Shown here: piece by piece, positions 1 to 7,889 of the stretch | Position numbering within the stretch: position 1 is the stretch's first letter | How the letters are laid out: each line of letters begins with the position of its first letter | From: Candidatus Moraniibacteriota bacterium | GTDB lineage: Bacteria; Patescibacteriota; Minisyncoccia; Moranbacterales; UBA1568 | Length of the DNA: 64,000 nucleotides | Direction: 5' to 3' | Assembly: GCA_963743885.1 (NCBI GenBank) | Contig: CAVURJ010000001.1 | Location: 204,949 to 268,948 of the forward strand | Position numbers and translations under genes: made by a program | The notes under the pieces: generated by a model | Told to the model about the DNA's origin: nothing | Seen by the model: the letters and a program-made list of their open reading frames with translations, nothing else | Database searches by the model: none

Positions 1-102
1 CTCAATGAGATCAAAGAAGTTCTGGGTAATCTCGACTTGCATCTCGGGATGAAGCTTCCGTATGAGGCAGTCGCCGTCGTCTCAGCGATGTTCAAGGACT
101 AG
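1..102 (+). CDS. C-terminal fragment of an unknown protein that runs off the window start
   Basis: Frame-1 open from the window edge to TAG at 100-102, followed by a hairpin and a T8 terminator. No recognisable motif in the 33 aa. Confidence 0.25.
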   Translation, partial: LNEIKEVLGNLDLHLGMKLPYEAVAVVSAMFKD

Positions 103-122
103 ACCGACCCATCGCGCAGCAA

Positions 123-160
123 CCCCGTTTCTGGAACCTTCAGGAGCGGGTGTTTTTTTT
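123..160 (+). terminator. rho-independent terminator-like hairpin plus T-run
   Basis: The sequence ccccgtttctgg...caggagcggg is followed by tttttttt. Confidence 0.4.
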
Positions 161-185
161 ACATCCTGTTTATCGCTATGCTAAG

Positions 186-245
186 TGTGTCACATAAACA
201 ACGGCCGTCCGCCTTGCCGTCGAGGCAGGTGGTTTATATGACACG
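186..245. repeat. palindromic hairpin element, CACATAAAC...TTATATGACAC family (a related copy lies at 50905-50972)
   Basis: Imperfect inverted repeat GTGTCACATAAACAAC / GGTTTATATGACAC with a shared internal spacer ggccg(t/c)ccgccttgccgtcgag. A second copy is near 50.9 kb. Confidence 0.5.
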
Positions 246-247
246 GG

Positions 248-1120
248 TTACTTCTTCAGTTTCTTTGGCGGCTTTCTTTTTTCTAAGCCGAGGAAATTCT
301 TCTTGGTGCTGACGCGCTTGCTGGTTTTCGTTTCGATGTCTTTCCTCGTGCGGCCGGCTATGGCTCCGCCATCCTTGGCGTCTTTCTGTAATTTCGGGAA
401 ACCTTTTGAGTCCCGGTCTTGCGAGAGGCGCGTGGTGGCGGCTTCGCCGAGCATAGTGAGGATGAGCTCGATATCGTCCATGTGGTCGCGCAGATTCTCG
501 CGCTTCAGACCTTTGAATTTCTTGTATTCTTCGGCGGTCATATCGAATGTTCCGGCGAGGATATCGTTGGTGAGTATGGCATATTCGATGCCTTGCTTGG
601 CGCCGCGCTTCTGCCATTCGTTGGTCAGCGTCTCGCGGACTTCGATGCCGCGCATCCTTTTCTCGATCCAAGCTTCTGGATAGCCTTTGGCCCGATAGAT
701 TTCGCGGGCACGCTGCGCTGCCAGTTCCGGATTTTCTATTTCTTGCACTCGCTCATAGCCGACCTTGGCCAGCCAGCGCTTGAACGGCTCTGCCTTGGGC
801 GAGGGGATGGATTGAATAAGCCGGAACATTCCTTCTGTATTCCAGCAGTACATTTTTTGCTTACCTCCTAGGGTTTCTACTTCCAGCATAAGGGGTGGTA
901 CAAATTGTACCCCCCCTTGATCAACGAGTCTTGCAAGTTCAGCATCCCTCGTTTTAAGTCTTTTGAAGTATTGTGCTGGATCTTTCGAATCTGTGAGCGC
1001 TTCGATAACGTCGTTTACAACAAACCACCACTCGTTATTATGGAGCGCCTTGCGGATCTGTTTTCCTTCGAAAAGAGCGATTCTTGTGTTTTTCATAATT
1101 TCTTGTTTCTTAGTTGTCAT
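248..1120 (-). CDS. Bro-N / DinD-like (DNA-damage-inducible protein D family) protein
   Basis: N-terminus NEWWFVVNDVIEAL...KRLKTRD resembles a Bro-N domain. The C-terminal DAKDGGAIAGRTRKDIETKTSKRVSTKKNFL matches the DinD family tail. Confidence 0.55.
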   Translation of the reverse strand: MTTKKQEIMKNTRIALFEGKQIRKALHNNEWWFVVNDVIEALTDSKDPAQYFKRLKTRDAELARLVDQGGVQFVPPLMLEVETLGGKQKMYCWNTEGMFRLIQSIPSPKAEPFKRWLAKVGYERVQEIENPELAAQRAREIYRAKGYPEAWIEKRMRGIEVRETLTNEWQKRGAKQGIEYAILTNDILAGTFDMTAEEYKKFKGLKRENLRDHMDDIELILTMLGEAATTRLSQDRDSKGFPKLQKDAKDGGAIAGRTRKDIETKTSKRVSTKKNFLGLEKRKPPKKLKK

Positions 1121-1243
1121 TCCCGCCCGCCTAGACGTCGAGGCTGGCGTAGACGGGAATCCAGGTTTTTTTATGATAAGCCATACTTCTGGATCCCCGC
1201 CTGCGCGAGGATGACAGAAAAGAGAGTTTCGTAATTCAAAGTT
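1115..1243. repeat. two copies of a small palindromic element family (CTGGATYCCSGS-loop-SCSGGRATGACAGAA) plus a shared AGTTTCGTAATTSAA tail
   Basis: 1115-1164 reads tgtcattcccgc...gggaatccag in reverse orientation, and 1189-1219 reads ctggatccccgcctgcgcgaggatgacagaa. The ATGACA of the first copy supplies the start codon of the 248-1120 gene. Confidence 0.55.
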
Positions 1244-1349
1244 ATGTATGTCAATTGTACACCTGAAATTCGCTTTTCTACAACGAAAGAACGAGAATGG
1301 AGAGGTAGGATAAAATATGCTAAACTACTAAAGTTCTAGCAGATTTTTT

Positions 1350-1383
1350 CTGGATCCCGGGTCAGGCCCGGGATGACAGAATA
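1350..1383. repeat. palindromic element of the same family (ctggatcccggg tcag gcccgggatgacagaa) followed by a T-run
   Basis: Perfect 8-bp stem ATCCCGGG/CCCGGGAT with conserved CTGGAT and ATGACAGAA flanks, and ggattttttagg downstream. Confidence 0.55.
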
Positions 1384-1537
1384 GAAGGGATTTTTTAGGA
1401 TTTTTATATGCCCGGCAGTGAAACTTCGACCATGGCATTTGAGCGATTTTCGTGTTGATGAGGAATTTTCGAACAAGAGGGTTAATTTCGTATTTAGAGC
1501 ATCTTCGACGGAAAATGTCGAAGTTCTACTACCGGGC

Positions 1538-3781
1538 ATGAAATTCTGGGAACAAGGCCTCAATCCTGAGCAGTTGCGCGCGGTCCTCCAAACGGAAGGA
1601 CCGGTGCTTATCCTGGCCGGTGCCGGATCTGGCAAGACCAAGACACTGACGCACCGTATCGCCTACCTCATCGAGGAGAAGCAGGTGTCGCCGCAGCATA
1701 TCCTTGCGGTCACCTTTACCAATAAGGCGGCGCAGGAGATGCGCGAGCGTATCGAGAAGCTCCTGTCGCAGAGCGATGCGGCCGAGTATGGCGCCGTGGC
1801 GCTGCCACAGCATATCGGGACATTCCACAATATCTGCTGCCGCATCCTCCGGAGGGAGATTGAGGTTTTGGGGTATGGCAAGAGCTTCAATATCGTCGAT
1901 AGCCAGGATCAGGAGTCACTCGTCAAGAAGTCGATGCGTGAGCTCGAGATCGATCCGGATCAGGTGAAGCCGCGTGCTATCCTCGATGCCATCTCGCGCG
2001 CTAAGAACGCCTTCAAGAGCGAAGAGCAGTTCATGCTCGAAGCCGGCAGCTACTTTGAGGAGATCATCGCCAAGGTCTACGCGGCGTACCAGAAGGCGCT
2101 TCGTGCGGGCAATAGCTTGGACTTCGATGACCTCATCATGCTCACGGTCCGGCTCTTCCAGGAGCATCCGGAGGTGCTCGCGCGCTACCAGGAGACCTTT
2201 CGCTACGTCATGGTCGACGAGTATCAGGACACCAACTACCCGCAGTACCTCCTGGTGACGCTCCTCGCCGGCAAACACAAGAATCTCTTCGTCATCGGCG
2301 ACGACTACCAGTCGATCTATGGCTGGCGCCAGGCGGACATCCGCAACATCCTTAACTTCGAGAAGGACTACCCGGAAGCGGCGGTCATCACGCTTGATCA
2401 GAACTATCGCTCGACGCAGATTATCCTCGATGCGGCACATGGTGTCATTGAGCGCAACAAGAACCAGCGACACAAGAAGCTCTGGACGGAGATGAAGGGC
2501 GGCGAGCCGATCGCGCTCGTACCGGCCGAAGACGAGGAAGCAGAGGCGCGCTTCGTGGCGGAGACGATAGCCCGCGAACGGAAAGCCGGCAAGGGCTACA
2601 GCGACTTCGCTGTGCTCTACCGCACCAACGCTCAGTCCCGCATGATCGAAGAGATGTTCCTCCGCCATTCAGTGGAGTACCGTATCGTGGGCGGACTGAA
2701 GTTCTATCAGCGCAAGGAAGTGAAGGACATGGTCGCCTATGTGCGGCTCCTCGAGAACCCGCGCGACATGCTCGCGCTCGAGCGCATCATCAATGAGCCC
2801 AAGCGGGGCCTGGGCGACGCGACACTCGCACGTTGGACCAGTTTTGCTCGGACGAATGACCTGGATTTCTTTGACGCTGCATACAAGATGACGCCTGAGA
2901 CGAGCGACCTGCGCGAGGGCAAGATCAAGGCGATCCGCGAGTTCGCGGACATCTTTCTCAAGCTCCGCCTGGAGATGGGGGAGTATCCTGATCTCAAGCT
3001 GCCCGAGCTGCTCGACAAGATCGGCCGCGCGAGCGGCTATGTCGCGAGTCTCGATGACGGCACGGCAGAGGGCGAAGCGCGAGAGGAAAACGTGCGCGAA
3101 TTGCTTACCGTTGCCAAAAAGCACGACGACCTTCCGCTTGCTGAGGCACTCCATCTTTTCCTCGAGGAAGTGGCGCTCTCATCCGATACGGACGAGATCA
3201 GCCGCAATACCGATGCGGTGCATGTCATGACACTCCACAGCGCCAAGGGCCTCGAGTTTCCAATTGTCTTCATCCTCGGTCTCGAAGAGGGTATCTTCCC
3301 GCATTCGCGCGCGCAGCTTTCTCCGGCCGAGCTCGAAGAAGAACGCCGCCTCATGTATGTCGGTTTGACCCGTGCCAAAGAGCGCGTCTATCTCCTCTTC
3401 ACTGAGAGCCGCACTATTTATGGTTCGACGCAGGTCAACCCGCCGTCGCGCTTTATCGCGGAGATACCAGATCATCTCGTTGACGAGCAGGACCGTGTGA
3501 GCTCCGGTATGATGGGTAAGAAATATTTCCAGCGGTCGTTCCAGCGCTATCCGTCCGCGCCGAAGAAGAAGCTCACCGCTCCGGTAGCGAAATCCGAAGG
3601 TGCCGAGCCGCAGGGCACGCCGATCCAGCCGGGCGAGGTCCGGCCGGGGGATATGGTAGAGCATCCGCAGTTCGGCTCGGGTCTCATCGTCTCGATCGCG
3701 GGCACGCTCGCGACCATCGCCTTCAAGCGTTCTGGCGTGAAGAAGATGATGCTTGGCGTCGCACCACTTACGAAAGTATAA
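1538..3781 (+). CDS. pcrA: ATP-dependent DNA helicase PcrA/UvrD (superfamily 1)
   Basis: Walker A LAGAGSGKTKTLTHRIAYLI, VMVDEYQDTNYPQY, and a UvrD C-terminal tail. Start is taken at MKFWEQGLNPEQLRAV by analogy with the PcrA N-terminus; the ORF is open from 1418. Confidence 0.9.
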   Translation: MKFWEQGLNPEQLRAVLQTEGPVLILAGAGSGKTKTLTHRIAYLIEEKQVSPQHILAVTFTNKAAQEMRERIEKLLSQSDAAEYGAVALPQHIGTFHNICCRILRREIEVLGYGKSFNIVDSQDQESLVKKSMRELEIDPDQVKPRAILDAISRAKNAFKSEEQFMLEAGSYFEEIIAKVYAAYQKALRAGNSLDFDDLIMLTVRLFQEHPEVLARYQETFRYVMVDEYQDTNYPQYLLVTLLAGKHKNLFVIGDDYQSIYGWRQADIRNILNFEKDYPEAAVITLDQNYRSTQIILDAAHGVIERNKNQRHKKLWTEMKGGEPIALVPAEDEEAEARFVAETIARERKAGKGYSDFAVLYRTNAQSRMIEEMFLRHSVEYRIVGGLKFYQRKEVKDMVAYVRLLENPRDMLALERIINEPKRGLGDATLARWTSFARTNDLDFFDAAYKMTPETSDLREGKIKAIREFADIFLKLRLEMGEYPDLKLPELLDKIGRASGYVASLDDGTAEGEAREENVRELLTVAKKHDDLPLAEALHLFLEEVALSSDTDEISRNTDAVHVMTLHSAKGLEFPIVFILGLEEGIFPHSRAQLSPAELEEERRLMYVGLTRAKERVYLLFTESRTIYGSTQVNPPSRFIAEIPDHLVDEQDRVSSGMMGKKYFQRSFQRYPSAPKKKLTAPVAKSEGAEPQGTPIQPGEVRPGDMVEHPQFGSGLIVSIAGTLATIAFKRSGVKKMMLGVAPLTKV

Positions 3782-3858
3782 TAATCCGAACAAGTCTTAA
3801 AAAAGAGCTTTAATTAGAGCCCTTTTTTCTTTTAAACGACAGGAGAATAAGTAAAGTA

Positions 3859-3935
3859 TAGGTATAATTCAAGTATAATTAGACTGGTATTGACATAATG
3901 AGTCAAAATTAGGTATAATTCAAGTATAATTATAC
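3859..3935 (+). promoter_or_regulatory. promoter region with two 22-bp direct repeats (ggtataattcaagtataatta), each carrying two TATAAT boxes, plus TTGACA at about 3889
   Basis: Direct repeats at 3859-3881 and 3910-3932, in the AT-rich DNA upstream of the Fic gene. Confidence 0.4.
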
Positions 3936-3938
3936 TTA

Positions 3939-4029
3939 TTACCAAACGAAGTGAGTGAAACGAAAGTTAACTTTCGTTTCCGAGCGCAGTGCGGGTAAAA
4001 TCGGTAAATAACCGTTATTTTATAAATCG
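3939..4029 (+). repeat. structured two-hairpin element, copy 1 of 3 (TTACCAA..GTGAGYGAAA-stem-TTTCCGAGCGNAGYGC..GTAAAA-stem2); candidate small RNA or MITE
   Basis: Shared primary sequence with 32301-32460 and 46577-46665. Stem 1 is gaaacgaaag/ctttcgtttc and stem 2 is cggt/accg; both stems show compensatory changes across the copies. Confidence 0.55.
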
Positions 4030-4030
4030 T

Positions 4031-5386
4031 ATGCTTTTCAACTTAAAAAAGCCATCCGTGGCGCAAATGGATAATAGTCAAATGCTGGATCTTCTTTCTG
4101 AGAGGAGTTCGGAAATTTTTGATTTTGTAAAAAAGGTTTCTAACGCTGAGTATTTATATTGGGATAATTTTCGCCATAAGGAACCATCGCCAAAAAACAT
4201 TTCTAAAGAATCACTGTGGATGCTTACGAAATTCATCAGAAAGGCACAATCTATCAAAACACCTATTAAGGATAAGGGCGGCAGTGTTTTTACTTGGTCG
4301 AAGCTGCAGTATTTCGAGCAGTTTTTCCATGAGCTTGATATGAATACCGGCGGAGGATTATTTGTTGAAAGCTCGGAAGTAAATAAAGCCAATAAGCAGA
4401 AGCTTATTTCCAGGGGGATAATGGAAGAGGCTATCGCCTCTTCCCAATTGGAGGGAGCTGCTACAAGCCGGCAAGCAGCCAAGAAAATGCTACGTGAGGG
4501 AAGAAAGCCGAAAAATCGATCCGAACAGATGATCGTGAATTCGTATCTTTCCATGAAATCGATTGAGGAAAATTATAAGGATAGAAAAATGACGGTAGAT
4601 TTGCTATTGGAGATGCATAGCATGATTACGTCGGATACTCTTGATTTAGAAGGAGAAAGGCCAAGGTTAAGAGGAAAAAAAGATCCAATCGTTGTGTCGG
4701 ATGATGCGACTGGTATCGTATATCACGAAGGACCGAATATGGCCTTTGTAAAAAATGAGCTTGAACGATTGGTTGAATTCGCGAATGATGAATTGGACAG
4801 CGGAGAGTTTATTCATCCAGTCATCAAGGCTATCATGCTTCACTTTTGGATGGGATATCTCCACCCGTTTACTGATGGCAACGGGCGGTTGGCTCGCCTT
4901 TTGTTTTATTGGTATCTTATGAAAAAAGGATACTGGGCTTTTGCGTATTTGCCGATTTCTAAGGTAATCAAGCGTTCACCAAAGCAATATATTATGGCGT
5001 ATGTGTACAGCGAACAGGATGATAACGATCTCGCATATTTCATAAATTACAATATCCAGAAAATTAAGCTTGCTATGAGAGAGTTTTTGGAATATAGAGA
5101 AAAACAATCAACAATGAATGTCCAGATGCGCAAGATATATGGTGTTCGATATCATTTTAATGATAGGCAGATACATTTGCTCCAGTATCTTTATGGGGAT
5201 GCTGACGGAGAAACGACGTTGTTTTCCCATATGAATGTGAACCAGGTATCAAAGATGACCGCGAGCAATGATTTGAAGAACCTTGTGAAAAAAGGATTTC
5301 TTATCCGTTCTAAGCGAGGAAGAAACGTGTTTTATTCTGGAACAGAGAAGATCGAAGAATTGTTCGAAACAAGAAAGAATGGATGA
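4031..5386 (+). CDS. Fic family protein (putative AMPylase/toxin)
   Basis: Canonical Fic motif HPFTDGNGRLARLL. The gene sits in AT-rich DNA. Start is taken at the ATG after the structured element; the ORF is open from 3989. Confidence 0.85.
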   Translation: MLFNLKKPSVAQMDNSQMLDLLSERSSEIFDFVKKVSNAEYLYWDNFRHKEPSPKNISKESLWMLTKFIRKAQSIKTPIKDKGGSVFTWSKLQYFEQFFHELDMNTGGGLFVESSEVNKANKQKLISRGIMEEAIASSQLEGAATSRQAAKKMLREGRKPKNRSEQMIVNSYLSMKSIEENYKDRKMTVDLLLEMHSMITSDTLDLEGERPRLRGKKDPIVVSDDATGIVYHEGPNMAFVKNELERLVEFANDELDSGEFIHPVIKAIMLHFWMGYLHPFTDGNGRLARLLFYWYLMKKGYWAFAYLPISKVIKRSPKQYIMAYVYSEQDDNDLAYFINYNIQKIKLAMREFLEYREKQSTMNVQMRKIYGVRYHFNDRQIHLLQYLYGDADGETTLFSHMNVNQVSKMTASNDLKNLVKKGFLIRSKRGRNVFYSGTEKIEELFETRKNG

Positions 5387-5418
5387 TGCTTGGCGTCGCA
5401 CCACTTCGGAAGGTCTAG
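5382..5418 (+). repeat. relic duplicate of the last 12 codons of pcrA (MMLGVAPLRKV*), a direct repeat of 3745-3781
   Basis: gatgatgcttggcgtcgcaccactt is identical at 3745-3769 and 5382-5405. The downstream codons are near-identical and carry their own TAG stop. Confidence 0.7.
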
Positions 5419-5472
5419 GAGAGAAAAAGAAAAGGCGGCTTCGGGTGAAGCCGCCTGGAGGTTTTGCAGATG

Positions 5473-6786
5473 TTACTGCGTGTCGATGCCGATCTCTCTC
5501 GGGTCGGTGATGAGGGTATTGCCCCATGCGATGCCTTTGAATCGGGGCAGGCCTTGTGGGAATGTATCGCGCATACGCATGATGAGAGAGCTGACGCGTT
5601 TTCCGGCAAGCAGTTTTTCGAGCTTACCCTCGTTTGCTGTGGCCGGGTAGTCCTTGATACGCATAGGTTTCCCGTATTCCATGTCCACGATCCGGATATG
5701 GGTCGCTTGGTGCACATGCGAACTGACGAAGGCGACTCCGTTGATGCGAGTGAGCAAATAAGCGACGCGGTGGGCTTTTTTCGGCGGTGGAGCCATCCGG
5801 AGGTAGCAGCCGTATTCGGGGAAGTTGTGTGCTTCAAGTAGCAAGCCGATCTTTTCGACGGCTATCTGCTTGAGAACGGCGCCCATCTGGATGTTGCAGG
5901 GCGTGAGCACTTTCGCTTCTACGATGGCGGCGCTTCCGATCGGATATATCTTCAGGTCTTCCATGGCGATGACACCTTGCATGTCCTCGACTGTTTTTTT
6001 GACCGCCGACTTCAGATCATCGCCGAGACTCTTCTGGATGAGCACGGAGTATCCTTTTTCGCCGAGCTCGTAGGCTACTCGGAGGATGAGGATGCCGGCC
6101 GCCAATCCGAACGGGTATTCGATCCAGGGAGCCTGGAAAAAGTACTCGCCGGATATCCCGATGAGAGCAGCGCTCTCGATGATGCCGTCGCTTCGCGTCT
6201 CTTGGCCGTCGGCTACGATGGATGGCTTTTGATGCTTGTGGCCGACCGCCATTTGGATCCTTGAGGCGACGAACGAGAGGGCGATGCTTGTCAGCACGAT
6301 GCATGCCAATACCGGGTACCAGCCGTTGAAAATAGCCGGGTCGGTATGCGTTTCGGGGACGAGGACGGAAGGTAGTGCTGCGAAGGCAGCTTTGGGGATG
6401 GAGTCCGCGAAGAATGTCTGTGCGATCCCTATGCCCGAACTACAGAAGATGGAAAGCCCGATTCCTCCGAGCAGGAACCCGATCAGGAGGACGAAGATGC
6501 TTTCAAGATTGCGCCGTCCGAACGGGTAGTCGCTGTTGCCGGTATCGCGGGCCAGTGATACGACGAGTATCACGAGGCTGGCTTCGAAGATATCCGAAGT
6601 ATTGTGGATGCCGTCGGCCCCTACGACGAGGGAACCGGCGAGCAGTCCGCCGACACCGCCTTTCAGGACGACCTTGAAGATGTACATCGTGATGACCGCC
6701 AGCATTACGCCGTGTGGCGTGAAGAGCGGCGGGATCCTTTTTTCGAGCCAGCTGAGCCAGCCCGAAGCGTATGGATGCGTTGACAT
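5473..6786 (-). CDS. cation diffusion facilitator (CDF) family metal efflux transporter with an extra ~130-aa C-terminal domain
   Basis: TM region with LVVGADGIHNTSD and HKHQ..DG motifs, plus a CDF cytoplasmic domain (GVIAMEDLKIY...LEAHNF). The extra C-terminal domain is of unknown type. Confidence 0.65.
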   Translation of the reverse strand: MSTHPYASGWLSWLEKRIPPLFTPHGVMLAVITMYIFKVVLKGGVGGLLAGSLVVGADGIHNTSDIFEASLVILVVSLARDTGNSDYPFGRRNLESIFVLLIGFLLGGIGLSIFCSSGIGIAQTFFADSIPKAAFAALPSVLVPETHTDPAIFNGWYPVLACIVLTSIALSFVASRIQMAVGHKHQKPSIVADGQETRSDGIIESAALIGISGEYFFQAPWIEYPFGLAAGILILRVAYELGEKGYSVLIQKSLGDDLKSAVKKTVEDMQGVIAMEDLKIYPIGSAAIVEAKVLTPCNIQMGAVLKQIAVEKIGLLLEAHNFPEYGCYLRMAPPPKKAHRVAYLLTRINGVAFVSSHVHQATHIRIVDMEYGKPMRIKDYPATANEGKLEKLLAGKRVSSLIMRMRDTFPQGLPRFKGIAWGNTLITDPREIGIDTQ

Positions 6787-6794
6787 GGGTTCTC

Positions 6795-7589
6795 CTATTC
6801 CAGATGGTGGAAGGGAAGGATGAGCAATGGAACTGATCCGACGAGCAGCTCAGCCAATTGTTCGGCGTAATCACCGAGGACGACTTCCGGATCGCGTACG
6901 ACGATGATGAGGCTTGCGTCGGTCCGGAGAGCGGCTTCAGCTATCCCGCGGACAACCGTTTCGTCGGTACGGACCGTCGTCTTGATGACGATATCGAGGT
7001 CCTCACCGGCTTTTTCGGCTGCCTGGATGATGTCGAGCGCTTTCTGGCTGATGTGGTCGGTCGGTTGATCTTCTGATACGTCGGGCTTCTTCCAGGTAGT
7101 GTGATACAGCGTGACCTGTCCGAAGTGGGGCAGGAGACGTCTGGAGAGGAAAAGGCCGCGGCGATAGGTCAGCGTCGCGAGTTCGTTGTCACCGAGCGGC
7201 AGGAGGATGCCCGGCTTTCCTTGGCGGAAGAGCGAGGTTTCGTTCTGCGGCGCGAGAATCGCATGCGATCGGACGTCTGCGATATGTGCATTCGAAACGA
7301 TGAGATCGTTCGGCTGCAAGAGCGAGACGGCATGCTTGAGCGAACCGTCGTATCCGAGGATCTGGACCTGTTTCGGATGATAGCCGGACCTGTCCAGTAT
7401 TCGACGGACATCTACCAATATGGGGTAGTCGGTTTTCCGAAGCAGTCCTATCTTGGCAGCTGCTTGCGAGGCTTGTGACTGGCTCATCGTGAGAACGGTG
7501 AGTTCGACATCAAGCGTCATCGCGAGCGCTCCGGCGTAGGCGATTTCGCTTTCTTTCCCGTAGAGGGCGATGATGCGATCGATAGTCAT
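6795..7589 (-). CDS. hypothetical protein, possibly a tandem universal-stress-protein-like fold
   Basis: Co-directional with and 9 bp upstream of the CDF gene. The C-terminus LIIVVRDPEVVLGDYAEQLAELLVGSVPLLILP weakly resembles a UspA C-terminus. Confidence 0.3.
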   Translation of the reverse strand: MTIDRIIALYGKESEIAYAGALAMTLDVELTVLTMSQSQASQAAAKIGLLRKTDYPILVDVRRILDRSGYHPKQVQILGYDGSLKHAVSLLQPNDLIVSNAHIADVRSHAILAPQNETSLFRQGKPGILLPLGDNELATLTYRRGLFLSRRLLPHFGQVTLYHTTWKKPDVSEDQPTDHISQKALDIIQAAEKAGEDLDIVIKTTVRTDETVVRGIAEAALRTDASLIIVVRDPEVVLGDYAEQLAELLVGSVPLLILPFHHLE

Positions 7590-7889
7590 TTCTGACTCCT
7601 TTCTGATGGAGAGAGTAGGTTGGTAAAGGACTGCGTATCCTATCGGAAACGCAGGGGGGTGTCAATGCTCGGATCCTCAGAGTTTCATATCGAGACAGGC
7701 GCGTCTGGCGTGCTGACGAAAAAAATCGTCAATAATATGATTTTGTAGGTCGGATATTTCCGCTTAGAGAGGGGAATATCCGGCGGACCTATCCGGATGC
7801 GTATCAGAAATCAGCCCGGTGTGGCGCATCATGTGGGTATCGCCTCTACACTGACGGTGTGTTCGTTGACAACTGAAAAGGAGGGAATC

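Noticed and set aside
3939-4029. Hammerhead-type self-cleaving ribozyme interpretation of the two-hairpin element
   Set aside because: GTGAGCGAAA resembles, but does not match, the CUGAUGA...GAAA core. Stem II and III placement does not fit the hammerhead. It is kept only as an unclassified structured element.
7797-7889. 5' extension of the CoaDE ORF starting at 7797
   Set aside because: The PPAT homology begins at MERYQNG. A strong RBS precedes ATG 7890. The extension has no homology.
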